DNA of 37,033 nt from a virus. Lineage: Duplodnaviria; Caudoviricetes. Every line of letters begins with the position of its first letter. Positions within the stretch are counted from its first letter, which is position 1. Both the position numbers and the translations under genes were made by a program. The notes under the pieces are model-generated. The model saw nothing but the letters and a program-made list of their open reading frames with translations, ran no database searches and was not told where the DNA came from. Positions 23,045 to 32,076 of this stretch are shown one piece after another. The DNA lies in IMG/VR virus record IMGVR_UViG_3300037461_000585, positions 1 to 37,033 of that record; one strand, written 5' to 3'.

Positions 23045-23869
23045 CTATCCCACCGAGATAATCCCGTCGTCAGCAAGGGTAAATCCGGCGCTCTTGATCC
23101 AGTCGTCCCGGAACAAGCATCCCATGATCTTGTTCTTGTCGGGATCGGTCCCGGGGATCTCGTTGAACCCCTTGGCCGGAACGTCCTTCTTGGCGATCTT
23201 CCCGCCCCCGGCTATCAGAAGCCGCATGAGGACGTCTTTCGCCTTGGTGTCAACGTCACCGCCTGTAGAGGCCTGGGGCTCGGACTTGGGAGCGGCGTCT
23301 TTTGCCTTACCCTTCCCGGCCTTCTTGTTGGCCCCTTCACCCTCCCACGGCAGGGCAATGATCTTGGATACGCAAAGGACCTTGTTGTCCTTCTCGTATT
23401 CCTTGCCGTCTCTACCGCGCCGGGTGGTGTCCTGGGAAAGCCCCGGGCGTTTGGGGGCGTCCTTACGGATCATGTGAGCCTTGAGGCCCTCCAGCACAAA
23501 GACGTTGCCGTCATTGAGCCGTTCCCGGGGGAATCCCGCCTCGTCCAGCGATGTCAACAGCATGTAGACGTTGCTCGCCTTCCGGAGCTCGGAGTCCTTG
23601 CCGACCGGGATCAGCATTGACCCGTCTTCGCTGGGCTCCCAGTTCTCCGCAGACCCGCAGGACCACCGTTGGCGGTAGGGCTTGTCGTTCGGTCCCTCGG
23701 TGCCAGTCACAAGGTCCACTCCCAGACAGGGGGCCTTGTCGGACTTGCCGTCGTAGTCGTACATTTCGAATCTCACGTTCTTCCAGGTAACGTCAACGTC
23801 ATCCAGAAGACCCCCCGAAATAAAGTCAAGGGGGTTAAGTGATGCGCCTTTTTTGGTGTTGTCGGCCAT
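23045..23869 (-). CDS. putative ssDNA-binding protein
   Basis: Beta-rich N-domain, Lys/Ala linker, position in the replication module; function is inferred. Confidence 0.45.
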   Translation of the reverse strand: MADNTKKGASLNPLDFISGGLLDDVDVTWKNVRFEMYDYDGKSDKAPCLGVDLVTGTEGPNDKPYRQRWSCGSAENWEPSEDGSMLIPVGKDSELRKASNVYMLLTSLDEAGFPRERLNDGNVFVLEGLKAHMIRKDAPKRPGLSQDTTRRGRDGKEYEKDNKVLCVSKIIALPWEGEGANKKAGKGKAKDAAPKSEPQASTGGDVDTKAKDVLMRLLIAGGGKIAKKDVPAKGFNEIPGTDPDKNKIMGCLFRDDWIKSAGFTLADDGIISVG

Positions 23870-23911
23870 AGATTTTCCTCCTATAGCGTGAATAGGGTTA
23901 ACGATTGAAGG

Positions 23912-24484
23912 TCAACGCGCACGTTCGTCCTTCTCCATTTCCGGCATTGATGTTTGATCCTCCACCTCCTTTCTCAAAGTAAGGTCGCCTATAGGACGCC
24001 AATAGCATTTTTCATCCAGATAGTACAGGCCGGCCTCGGTCTCTTTAATGGGAATGTTGAAGTCGTCGGAAGATTTCTTTGGAGTTATCGCGTCACCAGC
24101 CAGTGTCCCTCCGAAGACCTTCACTTCCTGTAATTGCGGGAAAAAGTTGATGTGGTCCGGCACGAGCTCGTTCAGGATGAACATGTAATTCCTGATGTCC
24201 ATAAACCGCCCTTCCAGCCCCTCTCCCGATTCCTGCTTTCCGGACTTGGCGAAGGTGATCACGCTTAGGACATGCTTGAGCGCGTAGACCAGAGCCACAG
24301 TAAAGGGCGTGACGGGGCATCCAGTCAACAAGTCCGCAATGATGCGGAAGTTGGAATAGGCGTCCAGGTCCGCACGCCCGGCGGTGTAGTCGTGGCCCTT
24401 ATTCAGCAGCAAGGATCGTTCCTTGTCCACCATGTCCTCCCACGCGATCTGCCTTTCGTTCACGGTCGGCTTCTTGATCTCCAT
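23912..24484 (-). CDS. nucleotide-modification-associated / MazG-like all-alpha pyrophosphatase domain (DUF1599-like)
   Basis: KGHDY...NFR...LKH...ESGEGLEGRFMDIRNY. Confidence 0.6.
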   Translation of the reverse strand: MEIKKPTVNERQIAWEDMVDKERSLLLNKGHDYTAGRADLDAYSNFRIIADLLTGCPVTPFTVALVYALKHVLSVITFAKSGKQESGEGLEGRFMDIRNYMFILNELVPDHINFFPQLQEVKVFGGTLAGDAITPKKSSDDFNIPIKETEAGLYYLDEKCYWRPIGDLTLRKEVEDQTSMPEMEKDERAR

Positions 24485-24679
24485 TTAATCCTCCTTCCTG
24501 ATGAAATCGGCTTCTTCCGGAGTGACCAGCCTATATGCGTTGTCGAATACCGCCTTTGGGGACCAGGACACATACCCATCCGGATAGACAACACGATAGC
24601 CGAGTTCCACCATGTCTCCCTCAAGCCGTGCGTCAGGCTCGGCCTGAACAATTTTGGTGCCTACGTAAGTACGAAGCAT
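24485..24679 (-). CDS. small conserved phage domain often fused to anti-defence sponge domains
   Basis: YVGTKIVQAEP...GYRVVYPDGYVSWSPKAVFDNAY. Confidence 0.65.
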   Translation of the reverse strand: MLRTYVGTKIVQAEPDARLEGDMVELGYRVVYPDGYVSWSPKAVFDNAYRLVTPEEADFIRKED

Positions 24680-24694
24680 CACAATCACCTCCTT

Positions 24695-24880
24695 TCATTC
24701 CGGTGTCACGGACCAGCCGCACAACGTGGCTTTCGGAAACGTGGCGACTTTATTCTTGCCGTCCGACATTGCGGCATACTTGAATTGTAGAACACTCTCG
24801 TTGTCGCACACAATCTCTACGTTCCTAAACGTGTATGTGCACCCGGTCGGTGTAAAGATACACAAAATACTGTACTTCAT
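24695..24880 (-). CDS. 61-aa beta-rich hypothetical protein
   Basis: RBS AGGAGG before MKYSILCIF. Confidence 0.65.
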   Translation of the reverse strand: MKYSILCIFTPTGCTYTFRNVEIVCDNESVLQFKYAAMSDGKNKVATFPKATLCGWSVTPE

Positions 24881-24896
24881 GTCGATCCCCTCCTTC

Positions 24897-25106
24897 CTAT
24901 TCATTTCGTGCGATGGATGCGTTAGCCCAAAACACTACCTCGTCCAGCTTAGTTAAAGCCACCGATTGCTCACGCGAGTCAGGACAAACATCGGAGATCA
25001 GATACGCGAGTTCTTTTGCACTACGACGAATTCGTTCATACACAACCGGCTGCCCTTCCTTGGGTGGATGATACGTAAACCGCTTCTCCAGAAAGTCTTT
25101 GATCAT
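24897..25106 (-). CDS. Acb2/Tad1-like helical-hairpin nucleotide-signal sponge
   Basis: FTYHPP..Q..YERIR...LA..I..CPDSREQSVALTKLDEVVFWANASIAR. Confidence 0.7.
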   Translation of the reverse strand: MIKDFLEKRFTYHPPKEGQPVVYERIRRSAKELAYLISDVCPDSREQSVALTKLDEVVFWANASIARNE

Positions 25107-25111
25107 GTTGA

Positions 25112-26692
25112 TTATCTCCTTCCTAATCTTGTTGGGGGTTCGGGCGGAAATATCCGCGACGTTACTGATTCCAAAAACCACTGCGGGGCAAACCTCCGGT
25201 GCAATCGCAGAAACCATTTGATATTATCGTCGATGATGAAGTTCTCGCACTGGTCATCCTTCGACCGACTCCCACGCCCACACGCCTGAACGATCTGTTG
25301 CATCGCTATGTAAGGCGCGTACTCTTCATCGGCCTCGCACCGGGCTTTGGTAATTGCATTTCGGGTATCGGGGTAAGGCACCTTGCCCAGAATCTGATAC
25401 TCGCACTCTTCATAGGGGAAGTCCCATCCCGTTGTGACAGACGGGGAGACAAACACCCTCGGAGCCGCAGATTCTTTGAATTGACGCACCATCTCTAGCA
25501 GGTCCCGGCGATGATGTGACAGCATGAGATCCCGATGTTTTGAGTGTGCCATAACGAAATCACGCCGGGCATAAGAAGTCGTGTGGATGATCCCCTTCCG
25601 ATCCTGCCGGTCTGCCACGATCCGGTCAATAGTCACCAGCCATTCTTTAAGATCCTCGTTGCTGGACTTGGCGTTCATCCGGGCGCCATTGACGTGATAC
25701 ACAAGCCGGCTCTCCACGGGAAAGGAGTGCGGGTATTCGTCAATGGTACAGTTCTCTTCCGTGACCCCCAGCATGTCAGCCGTCTTGAAGTTAACGGACC
25801 CGGAGGTGATCAGAACCTTTGCCGAGTTCAGGAAAAGCAGAGACTGGCACCTGTCCTTGACCATGATCGGAGCAAATTGAATCTCGAAAGGGGTCACATT
25901 AAACACCCACTCGTTCAGCTTCATGCTTGCCAAGCCCGCGAGGTCCGAAGTGAGCTGCTTTAGTTTCCGAAGTTTCCGTAGACTGTATTCGTTTGGTCCG
26001 TCCGACTTGATGTCAGACTCCAGCGCCAGACGGTCACTGTTAAAGTTCTCGAAGTTCAGGCGTGCCCATTTAATCCAATCAGTGAGTTTGACATGCTCCG
26101 GGTATGGAGGAAGGATCTTTTGCAGGATTTCGTCGTCTCGTTTGAGGGTAACGGTCAAAAAAGATGCGACTTGCTCGGGCGCGTCATGGCCCTCGTCGCA
26201 CACCAGCAGCTTGGGCATCCCAATGCCTTCGCCGTATTTGTTGCAGTATAGCCAAAAGGCGTAGTTCGTCACCACCAGGCGGGAGTTCTGGGCGCGCCGG
26301 ATAGCCTCGTAGTACGGGCACTCTCCGGACCCGCGCATACTACAGGACATCCCGAAGTTACAGATTCCTTGATCGCACGTGGTCCGGTCCCGGGACTCGG
26401 GGCAGCGGTAGGCGTTCTTGCCGCGCACGTCTACCATCCCGATTTCCTCAAAGTCCCGCATGAGCTGGGACTGGAGTCCTTTTGTGGAGGTCAGTATGAC
26501 AGTCTTCCCGCCCAGTATATTACCAGCGGAGATATACACGAGACTCTTTCCGAATCCCGTGGGACAGATGGACAGGATAGTTCTCTTGTCGTTGCCCACG
26601 ATCTTGTAAATAGCCTCAGCCTGGTTCTCGCGCCACTCAGTATACCGGGCAGGGAGGCCGACAGCCTCCGGCGGTGGTAAGACATTTTGCAT
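25112..26692 (-). CDS. DinG/XPD-family SF2 helicase with Fe-S cysteines
   Basis: Q motif, PTGFGKS, RGKNAYRC..C..C..CPY, DEGH, GWDFP, KVPYPD, QACGRGSR. Confidence 0.9.
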   Translation of the reverse strand: MQNVLPPPEAVGLPARYTEWRENQAEAIYKIVGNDKRTILSICPTGFGKSLVYISAGNILGGKTVILTSTKGLQSQLMRDFEEIGMVDVRGKNAYRCPESRDRTTCDQGICNFGMSCSMRGSGECPYYEAIRRAQNSRLVVTNYAFWLYCNKYGEGIGMPKLLVCDEGHDAPEQVASFLTVTLKRDDEILQKILPPYPEHVKLTDWIKWARLNFENFNSDRLALESDIKSDGPNEYSLRKLRKLKQLTSDLAGLASMKLNEWVFNVTPFEIQFAPIMVKDRCQSLLFLNSAKVLITSGSVNFKTADMLGVTEENCTIDEYPHSFPVESRLVYHVNGARMNAKSSNEDLKEWLVTIDRIVADRQDRKGIIHTTSYARRDFVMAHSKHRDLMLSHHRRDLLEMVRQFKESAAPRVFVSPSVTTGWDFPYEECEYQILGKVPYPDTRNAITKARCEADEEYAPYIAMQQIVQACGRGSRSKDDQCENFIIDDNIKWFLRLHRRFAPQWFLESVTSRIFPPEPPTRLGRR

Positions 26693-26706
26693 CCCTTCTC
26701 CCAGTT

Positions 26707-26877
26707 TCAGCCCTGTTCCTCGATGGCAGCGTCGTGGCCTTCACTATACGCCCGGTCCACGGCACGCTGACGGCACTTAGGACACGGCACTACGTCAATC
26801 GTGCCGTGATCCTCCACCTGGCGAAATATCGCCAAATACTCTCCGCATTCCGCACAGTATACGAAAACGGTGATCAT
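26707..26877 (-). CDS. 56-aa Zn-ribbon protein
   Basis: Translated by hand MITVFVYCAECGEYL...VVPCPKC; ATGA overlap. Confidence 0.6.
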   Translation of the reverse strand: MITVFVYCAECGEYLAIFRQVEDHGTIDVVPCPKCRQRAVDRAYSEGHDAAIEEQG

Positions 26878-27419
26878 TCCATCTCCCCGTTAAAGTTCAT
26901 AAGGCTCGCAGTAGGCATGTTCTCCAACAGCCGTTTGTTCTTCTCCTTCATCGTCTTTCCGTACTTGTCTCTCCAGTATCCTTCAGGCATGGTGTCCACC
27001 AATCTCAGGCTCTCCAGAAGCAGCTTTCGTGCCGCCACTTCGTCTCCTTCATCCACTAGAGCGTCGATCTGTTTGGTGAGTCGCGCTATGTACTCCGTAA
27101 ACTCCATTCGAAACTCGGCATCCCGCAGCAACGCATTCATAGCATCCAGAGCGCCGGTGACACTGTTAACAGGTCTGTGAATCTTCTCCAACCAGTGAAT
27201 GTGCCGGACCACCGCGTGCCTGATAAAGTCCCCTCGCGTCCGGTAGGGAAACTTCCTGCACTGGAGGAGGATGTCCATGGTTTGAACGTGCATCGGTTGC
27301 ATGTTTGCCCACACGCGGCTTGTGTGCCCCTTGCTGTCCGTTCCTGACACCCGGAACTGCGCGGGGTCCAAGTCGCCGGGAAACTCCAATACGTTATCGT
27401 TCCGATCTCGTTCGGCCAT
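26874..27419 (-). CDS. ribbon-helix-helix-containing regulator-like protein
   Basis: FPYRTRGDFIRHAVVRHI resembles CopG/Arc helix B; follows promoter 27437-27464. Confidence 0.55.
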   Translation of the reverse strand: MAERDRNDNVLEFPGDLDPAQFRVSGTDSKGHTSRVWANMQPMHVQTMDILLQCRKFPYRTRGDFIRHAVVRHIHWLEKIHRPVNSVTGALDAMNALLRDAEFRMEFTEYIARLTKQIDALVDEGDEVAARKLLLESLRLVDTMPEGYWRDKYGKTMKEKNKRLLENMPTASLMNFNGEME

Positions 27420-27436
27420 AATTCCTCGCTTTCTAA

Positions 27437-27464
27437 AAGATAACCATTCCGTCCCAAAAGTCAA
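27437..27464 (-). promoter_or_regulatory. promoter TTGACT-N16-TATCTT upstream of the helicase/recombination operon
   Basis: cTTGACT tttgggacggaatggt TATCTT. Confidence 0.7.
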
Positions 27465-27733
27465 GAGGCTGGAGTGTTTTTTCTTCCCAAAAGTCGTCGG
27501 CGCCGGGTCAAGGCGTGCCGGTCGGCTACGGGGAGATCGTCTTTGTCCAGGAACTTGTTCAGGAGATAGGATTCGTCCACCACCCCGGACTTGCGCGCCC
27601 GGAGGAACTCTTCCATGGTTTGCGAATGCCGACGGGAAGGCCGAGACTCCTTCTTCAATCGACGGATCTCGGCCAAGCGGTTACGGCCCTCGCGTTCAAG
27701 GGATTTCAGTTGTTGTAGGATCTCCTTCTCCAT
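27461..27733 (-). CDS. basic hypothetical protein
   Basis: RBS AAGGA. Confidence 0.6.
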   Translation of the reverse strand: MEKEILQQLKSLEREGRNRLAEIRRLKKESRPSRRHSQTMEEFLRARKSGVVDESYLLNKFLDKDDLPVADRHALTRRRRLLGRKNTPAS

Positions 27734-27740
27734 AGAGTCC

Positions 27741-27956
27741 TTACTTAGACTTGCCGTTCAACTGCCGGTTGAGCACGTCCTGCGCAGTCTGGTCGTTCAG
27801 GATCCCGCCATTGCTTTTTGCCAGAGCCGGGATGGAAAACTCAACGCCCGGGGCGGAATCCGCCTTCACGAAAATTCGCTCTGTTGTTTTGTCTACCATG
27901 ATAGTGACAGTCCGAGCGTTGACTCCACTACTGAAGTAGATCGCCTGGTCTAGCAT
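27741..27956 (-). CDS. hypothetical protein
   Basis: RBS GAGG. Confidence 0.6.
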   Translation of the reverse strand: MLDQAIYFSSGVNARTVTIMVDKTTERIFVKADSAPGVEFSIPALAKSNGGILNDQTAQDVLNRQLNGKSK

Positions 27957-27969
27957 GACACCCTCGCGG

Positions 27970-28536
27970 TTACTTTTTCCCGTTCGCGAGGACTTGTGTC
28001 TTTATCGCGGACCCTCGGGAGCTCCCGAAGAAGTACCCTATCACCGTAGAAAACGCGCTCACGAGCCCGCCGAACAGCATGAACACCACCTCGTTCTGCC
28101 CCTGGGGAAGCGGGAGCTGCATAAGGAGCCCTGTTAGTGCAAAGAATCCAATGATCACCACCCAGGCCAAGACGTACAAGTTAGCATCCACTTTTCCAGT
28201 GGCAGCCACGACTGCTTTCTCCCGGGCACGGGCCGAGTCCGTATCGGCAAACTCAGCGCGTTGAAGATCCAGCTCCAGCCTAGACTGCTCCAAAACGAGC
28301 TCCTGCAATCTAATCTTGTGCCTGGACTCTATCTCCGCTAGCTTGACCGCAGCGGCGGGGTCCGTTGTAAGCATTTGACTGATCTTTTCCGGAGTGGTTT
28401 CCGTCGGTGTCAACCCGAACGCCGAGGCGATCAACGACACCACTCCCCCCACAGCCCCTCCGACAGGGCCGCCCAATATCGTGCCTAAAATAGGGGCAGC
28501 TTTAGCCACTGTCCCCGCTACGTCTTTCCAATCCAT
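27970..28536 (-). CDS. holin-like membrane protein (3TM holin type)
   Basis: AAPILGTILGGPVGGAVGG; DTDSARARE; two C-terminal TMs ending YFFGSSRGS. Confidence 0.75.
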   Translation of the reverse strand: MDWKDVAGTVAKAAPILGTILGGPVGGAVGGVVSLIASAFGLTPTETTPEKISQMLTTDPAAAVKLAEIESRHKIRLQELVLEQSRLELDLQRAEFADTDSARAREKAVVAATGKVDANLYVLAWVVIIGFFALTGLLMQLPLPQGQNEVVFMLFGGLVSAFSTVIGYFFGSSRGSAIKTQVLANGKK

Positions 28537-28551
28537 AGGAACTCCGAAGTA

Positions 28552-29010
28552 TCAAAGATTAGTGCGATTTGAGATAATTACTCCAAACACGAGTTTGTAC
28601 AGACGCACCACGGCGTCGTAGAATGCTTGGTCAATTTTGTGGTCCGGAACGTACTCTCCGCCATTCGACTCGGCGTAGATCATGAACCTTAACACTCCAT
28701 TCTCCAGATAGTTATACATGATGGGCACTTCAATCCCCGGAGCAAGAACCACCAAAGCGTGGGTAATGGAAGGCTGGGGGTCGCCACACTTCGCGAAAAT
28801 CCAAAGGCACCCAACCCTGGAATCCTGCCGAACCTCCGTGACAGTCCAGGACGCGGTCAGGATCGTTTCCCAATTCCAGCACCCCTCTGCGGTCGGCGGG
28901 AATTTGGCGGTGGGCTCTGTGCAGCCGTGCGGAGGCAGGACCAAGAGCAGAATCGCGAGAAGCAGGATCGCCAGGAATAACGCTATGAGGTTCTTGCGCG
29001 GGTTTGACAT
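28552..29010 (-). CDS. secreted or lipoprotein-like hypothetical protein
   Basis: Hydrophobic N-terminus ending PHGC. Confidence 0.6.
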   Translation of the reverse strand: MSNPRKNLIALFLAILLLAILLLVLPPHGCTEPTAKFPPTAEGCWNWETILTASWTVTEVRQDSRVGCLWIFAKCGDPQPSITHALVVLAPGIEVPIMYNYLENGVLRFMIYAESNGGEYVPDHKIDQAFYDAVVRLYKLVFGVIISNRTNL

Positions 29011-29037
29011 GGTATGCTCCAGTTGATTTAAGTGGGA

Positions 29038-29604
29038 TTAGGCACTCATTGGGGATTCATGCCGGGCCTCCCGTAACGGCAGCACCTCGCCCTTGTCTTC
29101 TTCCACGAAAACGAAGATCAGGTTCATGACCTGGGTGTTCAACGCGCCCTCGGGCAGGTCTTTCATCGCCAGCATCCGGAGGTCAAAGTCCTCTTCTTTC
29201 CGGAGCAAGTTCGCGAAGTCCTCCTGGTGCAACTGAAATCCCGTCAGGACAGCTCGATATTCCGCGTCCAGGGCCTCCCGTGCCTCAATATAGGCCGCTT
29301 GTTTTTCCGGAGGAATAATCCGGGTCAGCGTGGTCCCGTCGCCGGACATCCGAGTGACAGGTTTGCCATCCTTGTCCACGGCAAACTTCCGCAAGAGATC
29401 GTCCACTTTAGTCCGGTATTCCTTGAGCTCGGGGTGGTTCTTGTCATACTGTTGCGATGCTTCCTGGAGAGCCTCAATGTGGGGTTTCAAAAGCGCCCGG
29501 TTTTTCGCGATGATGTAGGTGAACTTGGCGTTGCCCGGCACGTTTAACTGGGTGAGGGCGTTGAACAGATTCATAGCTTCAGCGTTCGTGATTTTGATTT
29601 TCAT
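29038..29604 (-). CDS. helical hypothetical protein
   Basis: RBS AAGGAG; first gene after promoter 29641-29668. Confidence 0.7.
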   Translation of the reverse strand: MKIKITNAEAMNLFNALTQLNVPGNAKFTYIIAKNRALLKPHIEALQEASQQYDKNHPELKEYRTKVDDLLRKFAVDKDGKPVTRMSGDGTTLTRIIPPEKQAAYIEAREALDAEYRAVLTGFQLHQEDFANLLRKEEDFDLRMLAMKDLPEGALNTQVMNLIFVFVEEDKGEVLPLREARHESPMSA

Positions 29605-29640
29605 GTCCTTCTCCTTAAGGGGTTTTTGTTCGCTGGATAA

Positions 29641-29668
29641 AAGATAATCACTGTCGCAGAAATGTCAA
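29641..29668 (-). promoter_or_regulatory. promoter TTGACA-N16-TATCTT
   Basis: cTTGACA tttctgcgacagtgat TATCTT. Confidence 0.75.
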
Positions 29669-29715
29669 GGCCCGGGATCGAATTTATTTACTATCCCCTC
29701 GGACTCCCCACAGTG

Positions 29716-30138
29716 TCAGACCCCGCACTCCGAAAGCGCCTTGCCAAACATCAACCGCTCCAGCATCACAATAATCCGATGCTCCTCTTCGGCCCCGAGC
29801 TCCATGTACTCTTGTTTGACCATACGCACGAGCGGAGCAAACCAGATGTGGCAGCACTCGTGAAAGGCCGCCATCTCAAGAAGTTTCTTTGTGGGTTTGA
29901 TAGGCCACGTCACGCCGAGGCAGACATTCGCCACCATAGTCTCGTAGTCAAACAAAACCCATGCGGTGGTGCATCTCCGTTCTTCCTCGTCGTCATCGTC
30001 GTCATCGTCGTCTTTGTGTTGCACAAAAATGGACCAGTGTGTGAGGCCCATCAATGCTTGCCATTTCTCTATGTTTCGCGCAAAGACCTTGAAATCCGCA
30101 GCCGTAGTGGTGTACTCTTCGAGACAAGTCACATCCAT
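29716..30138 (-). CDS. zincin-like metallopeptidase domain protein
   Basis: AFHECCHI (HExxH) with downstream EEEH; poly-Asp/Glu loop. Confidence 0.65.
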   Translation of the reverse strand: MDVTCLEEYTTTAADFKVFARNIEKWQALMGLTHWSIFVQHKDDDDDDDDEEERRCTTAWVLFDYETMVANVCLGVTWPIKPTKKLLEMAAFHECCHIWFAPLVRMVKQEYMELGAEEEHRIIVMLERLMFGKALSECGV

Positions 30139-30148
30139 GGCGCACCTA

Positions 30149-30601
30149 TTATTTGTGTTCTGTCAGGACCTCGCGCATGATTTGTTTCATCATCACAGTG
30201 TCCGGCAGCTTGTCGATCCGTTCTTCCATCTTGACCACTTTCTCGCTCAGGATGTGGTGCTCTTGTTTGTCAACGTACACCAGCGGCGCCCGGATATAAA
30301 ATGCGTAGAGCGCAAGGCAAGCCAGGAGCGCGGGCAATCCAAACACCGCGACCACCCACTTCACGCTGGTAATTGACACTTTTTTTGTCAAGAGAGCCAT
30401 CATTCCGGGTTGTTCCTTGCTGCCAAACACAGCGCCGTGAACATCGCTGACTTGGGTGGCTATGGATTCCATTTTGGCGCTGCATAAAGCCTGTACGCCC
30501 GCACAGTAGGTGGAGTCGTAGTCTTCAGGTGGTGTTGCTGCGTTAACTCTGATCGGGGGCATTGGAGATCTCCTAGTTACGATTCCGTTGACGATGTACA
30601 T
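30149..30601 (-). CDS. membrane protein
   Basis: Single TM; start is uncertain (possibly 30562). Confidence 0.55.
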   Translation of the reverse strand: MYIVNGIVTRRSPMPPIRVNAATPPEDYDSTYCAGVQALCSAKMESIATQVSDVHGAVFGSKEQPGMMALLTKKVSITSVKWVVAVFGLPALLACLALYAFYIRAPLVYVDKQEHHILSEKVVKMEERIDKLPDTVMMKQIMREVLTEHK

Positions 30602-30614
30602 TGATCGCTGTTAC

Positions 30615-31619
30615 TTACGAAACGCCCAAGGTTATCTTCATTCCGGCACTGAGACAGGGAGACGCTGTTCCGAGACTGAAGCTTCCACCGGCTGCACTGG
30701 TGAATAATGGATCACCGCTTGTCGCCCAGTTGTCTTTATGTGCGGCTACCGTTTCCTCTACTAAGTCCCACATATCCGTCACGTTGTTTCCTGCGTGGTT
30801 GTAGGCGAAGAAGTTTATATCTGTCTGCGTGGTCCACTTGAAGCCATCGGTTGCAGTGTCTATAATGTTGTTTATAAAGACGTGGAATCCAGTAGTTCCA
30901 CTGACACCGATTGGACAATTGTATATGGTATTGCCAAAGACTGTACCGCCAATATCCGCAGTTTCTGCTATACCGGCAGTCGAACAGGTATCTGCGATGC
31001 AGAACAAAATTAAGTTAGAAGCATTCATATTAATACCAGTCACAGAGTCATGGGCATAACAGAAAATCGCTTTAGCTGCTGATCCAAGACTTAGTGCAAT
31101 CCCATTATCAGATATACACTCCGAGTTAATTATAAAAGAGTTTGTTATTGTGCAGGCCGTTCTGCCAGCCGTACCGGAAGTATTGCGGAAATAGCAATTA
31201 TACACCACTGCATAGTTTCCGGCTACAAGCCCTGTAGCTGCGGTTCCAGTAAATCTACAGTTGAAAATCTTGAAATAATCTCCTGTCGTAAATGTATAAG
31301 CTCCAAGCGCAAATAATGGCCTATCATCCCCGCTTCCCCAGCGTGATAGTGGAGGAGGCTCCTCAGTGGTCGCCGCTACGACCCCTATGATGGAGATAGG
31401 CCCAACAGCCGTTCCATCCTTCGCACTCGCATCATACGCACTATCCAGCGTATACGTCCCTGCCTGGACATAGTAAATATCCCCCGCTTCCGCATTGGCC
31501 TCCAGGTCCGCTTCGAACTCCGCCTCACCCATTGCACTTGCCCAAGCTGCACCGTCCTTGGCCCCTGCCCCTGCCGGTGTCACATACATTGTTGCCGCTG
31601 CCATTATGCCTACCTCCAA
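30615..31619 (-). CDS. right-handed beta-helix (pectin-lyase-like) virion or tail protein
   Basis: YVTPAGAGAKDG..WASA N-cap; repeated NC/NT Asn ladder; GDPLF...FSLGTASPC C-cap. Confidence 0.7.
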   Translation of the reverse strand: MEVGIMAAATMYVTPAGAGAKDGAAWASAMGEAEFEADLEANAEAGDIYYVQAGTYTLDSAYDASAKDGTAVGPISIIGVVAATTEEPPPLSRWGSGDDRPLFALGAYTFTTGDYFKIFNCRFTGTAATGLVAGNYAVVYNCYFRNTSGTAGRTACTITNSFIINSECISDNGIALSLGSAAKAIFCYAHDSVTGINMNASNLILFCIADTCSTAGIAETADIGGTVFGNTIYNCPIGVSGTTGFHVFINNIIDTATDGFKWTTQTDINFFAYNHAGNNVTDMWDLVEETVAAHKDNWATSGDPLFTSAAGGSFSLGTASPCLSAGMKITLGVS

Positions 31620-32065
31620 TAAGCCGCATCTTCAAGGGCCTTGATCTGACCCTGAAGATCAGCTTCGAGTTGCTGTCTTTTTGCCTCGGTCACAGAAACA
31701 CCGCTCTCCTTGGCCGGAATTGCTGCCGCAGAAGTAGACAACCCCAGTTTTATGAACTGTGCTTTATTCAGAGGCTCTATCGGATTCAAACTGTCGTCAA
31801 CCAGCCAGTCTTCTCCATCTTTCTGCGCCTGAATCTGTCTATTGATCCCACCCTCCATTGTGCAGGTTCCCGGAAGCGTGACATTATCCAGGTTGCATTT
31901 CACGAACTTCACGTTCTTGATTCCTGCCGGAAAGATGGAAGTCTTAGGATTTTGCTGGGCGAAACACGACCCAATAACCTCAGTCTCATTCCACTCTTTT
32001 GGATCGGTAGTGATCAGCGTCATCCCGGTAAAATCCTTGTATGAATACTTTTCGTTCATTGCCAT
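31610..32065 (-). CDS. phage hypothetical protein with pentapeptide-like strands
   Basis: RBS AGGAGG before MAMNEKYS; FVKCNLDNV. Confidence 0.65.
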   Translation of the reverse strand: MAMNEKYSYKDFTGMTLITTDPKEWNETEVIGSCFAQQNPKTSIFPAGIKNVKFVKCNLDNVTLPGTCTMEGGINRQIQAQKDGEDWLVDDSLNPIEPLNKAQFIKLGLSTSAAAIPAKESGVSVTEAKRQQLEADLQGQIKALEDAAYWR

Positions 32066-32076
32066 ACTGCGTCCTC

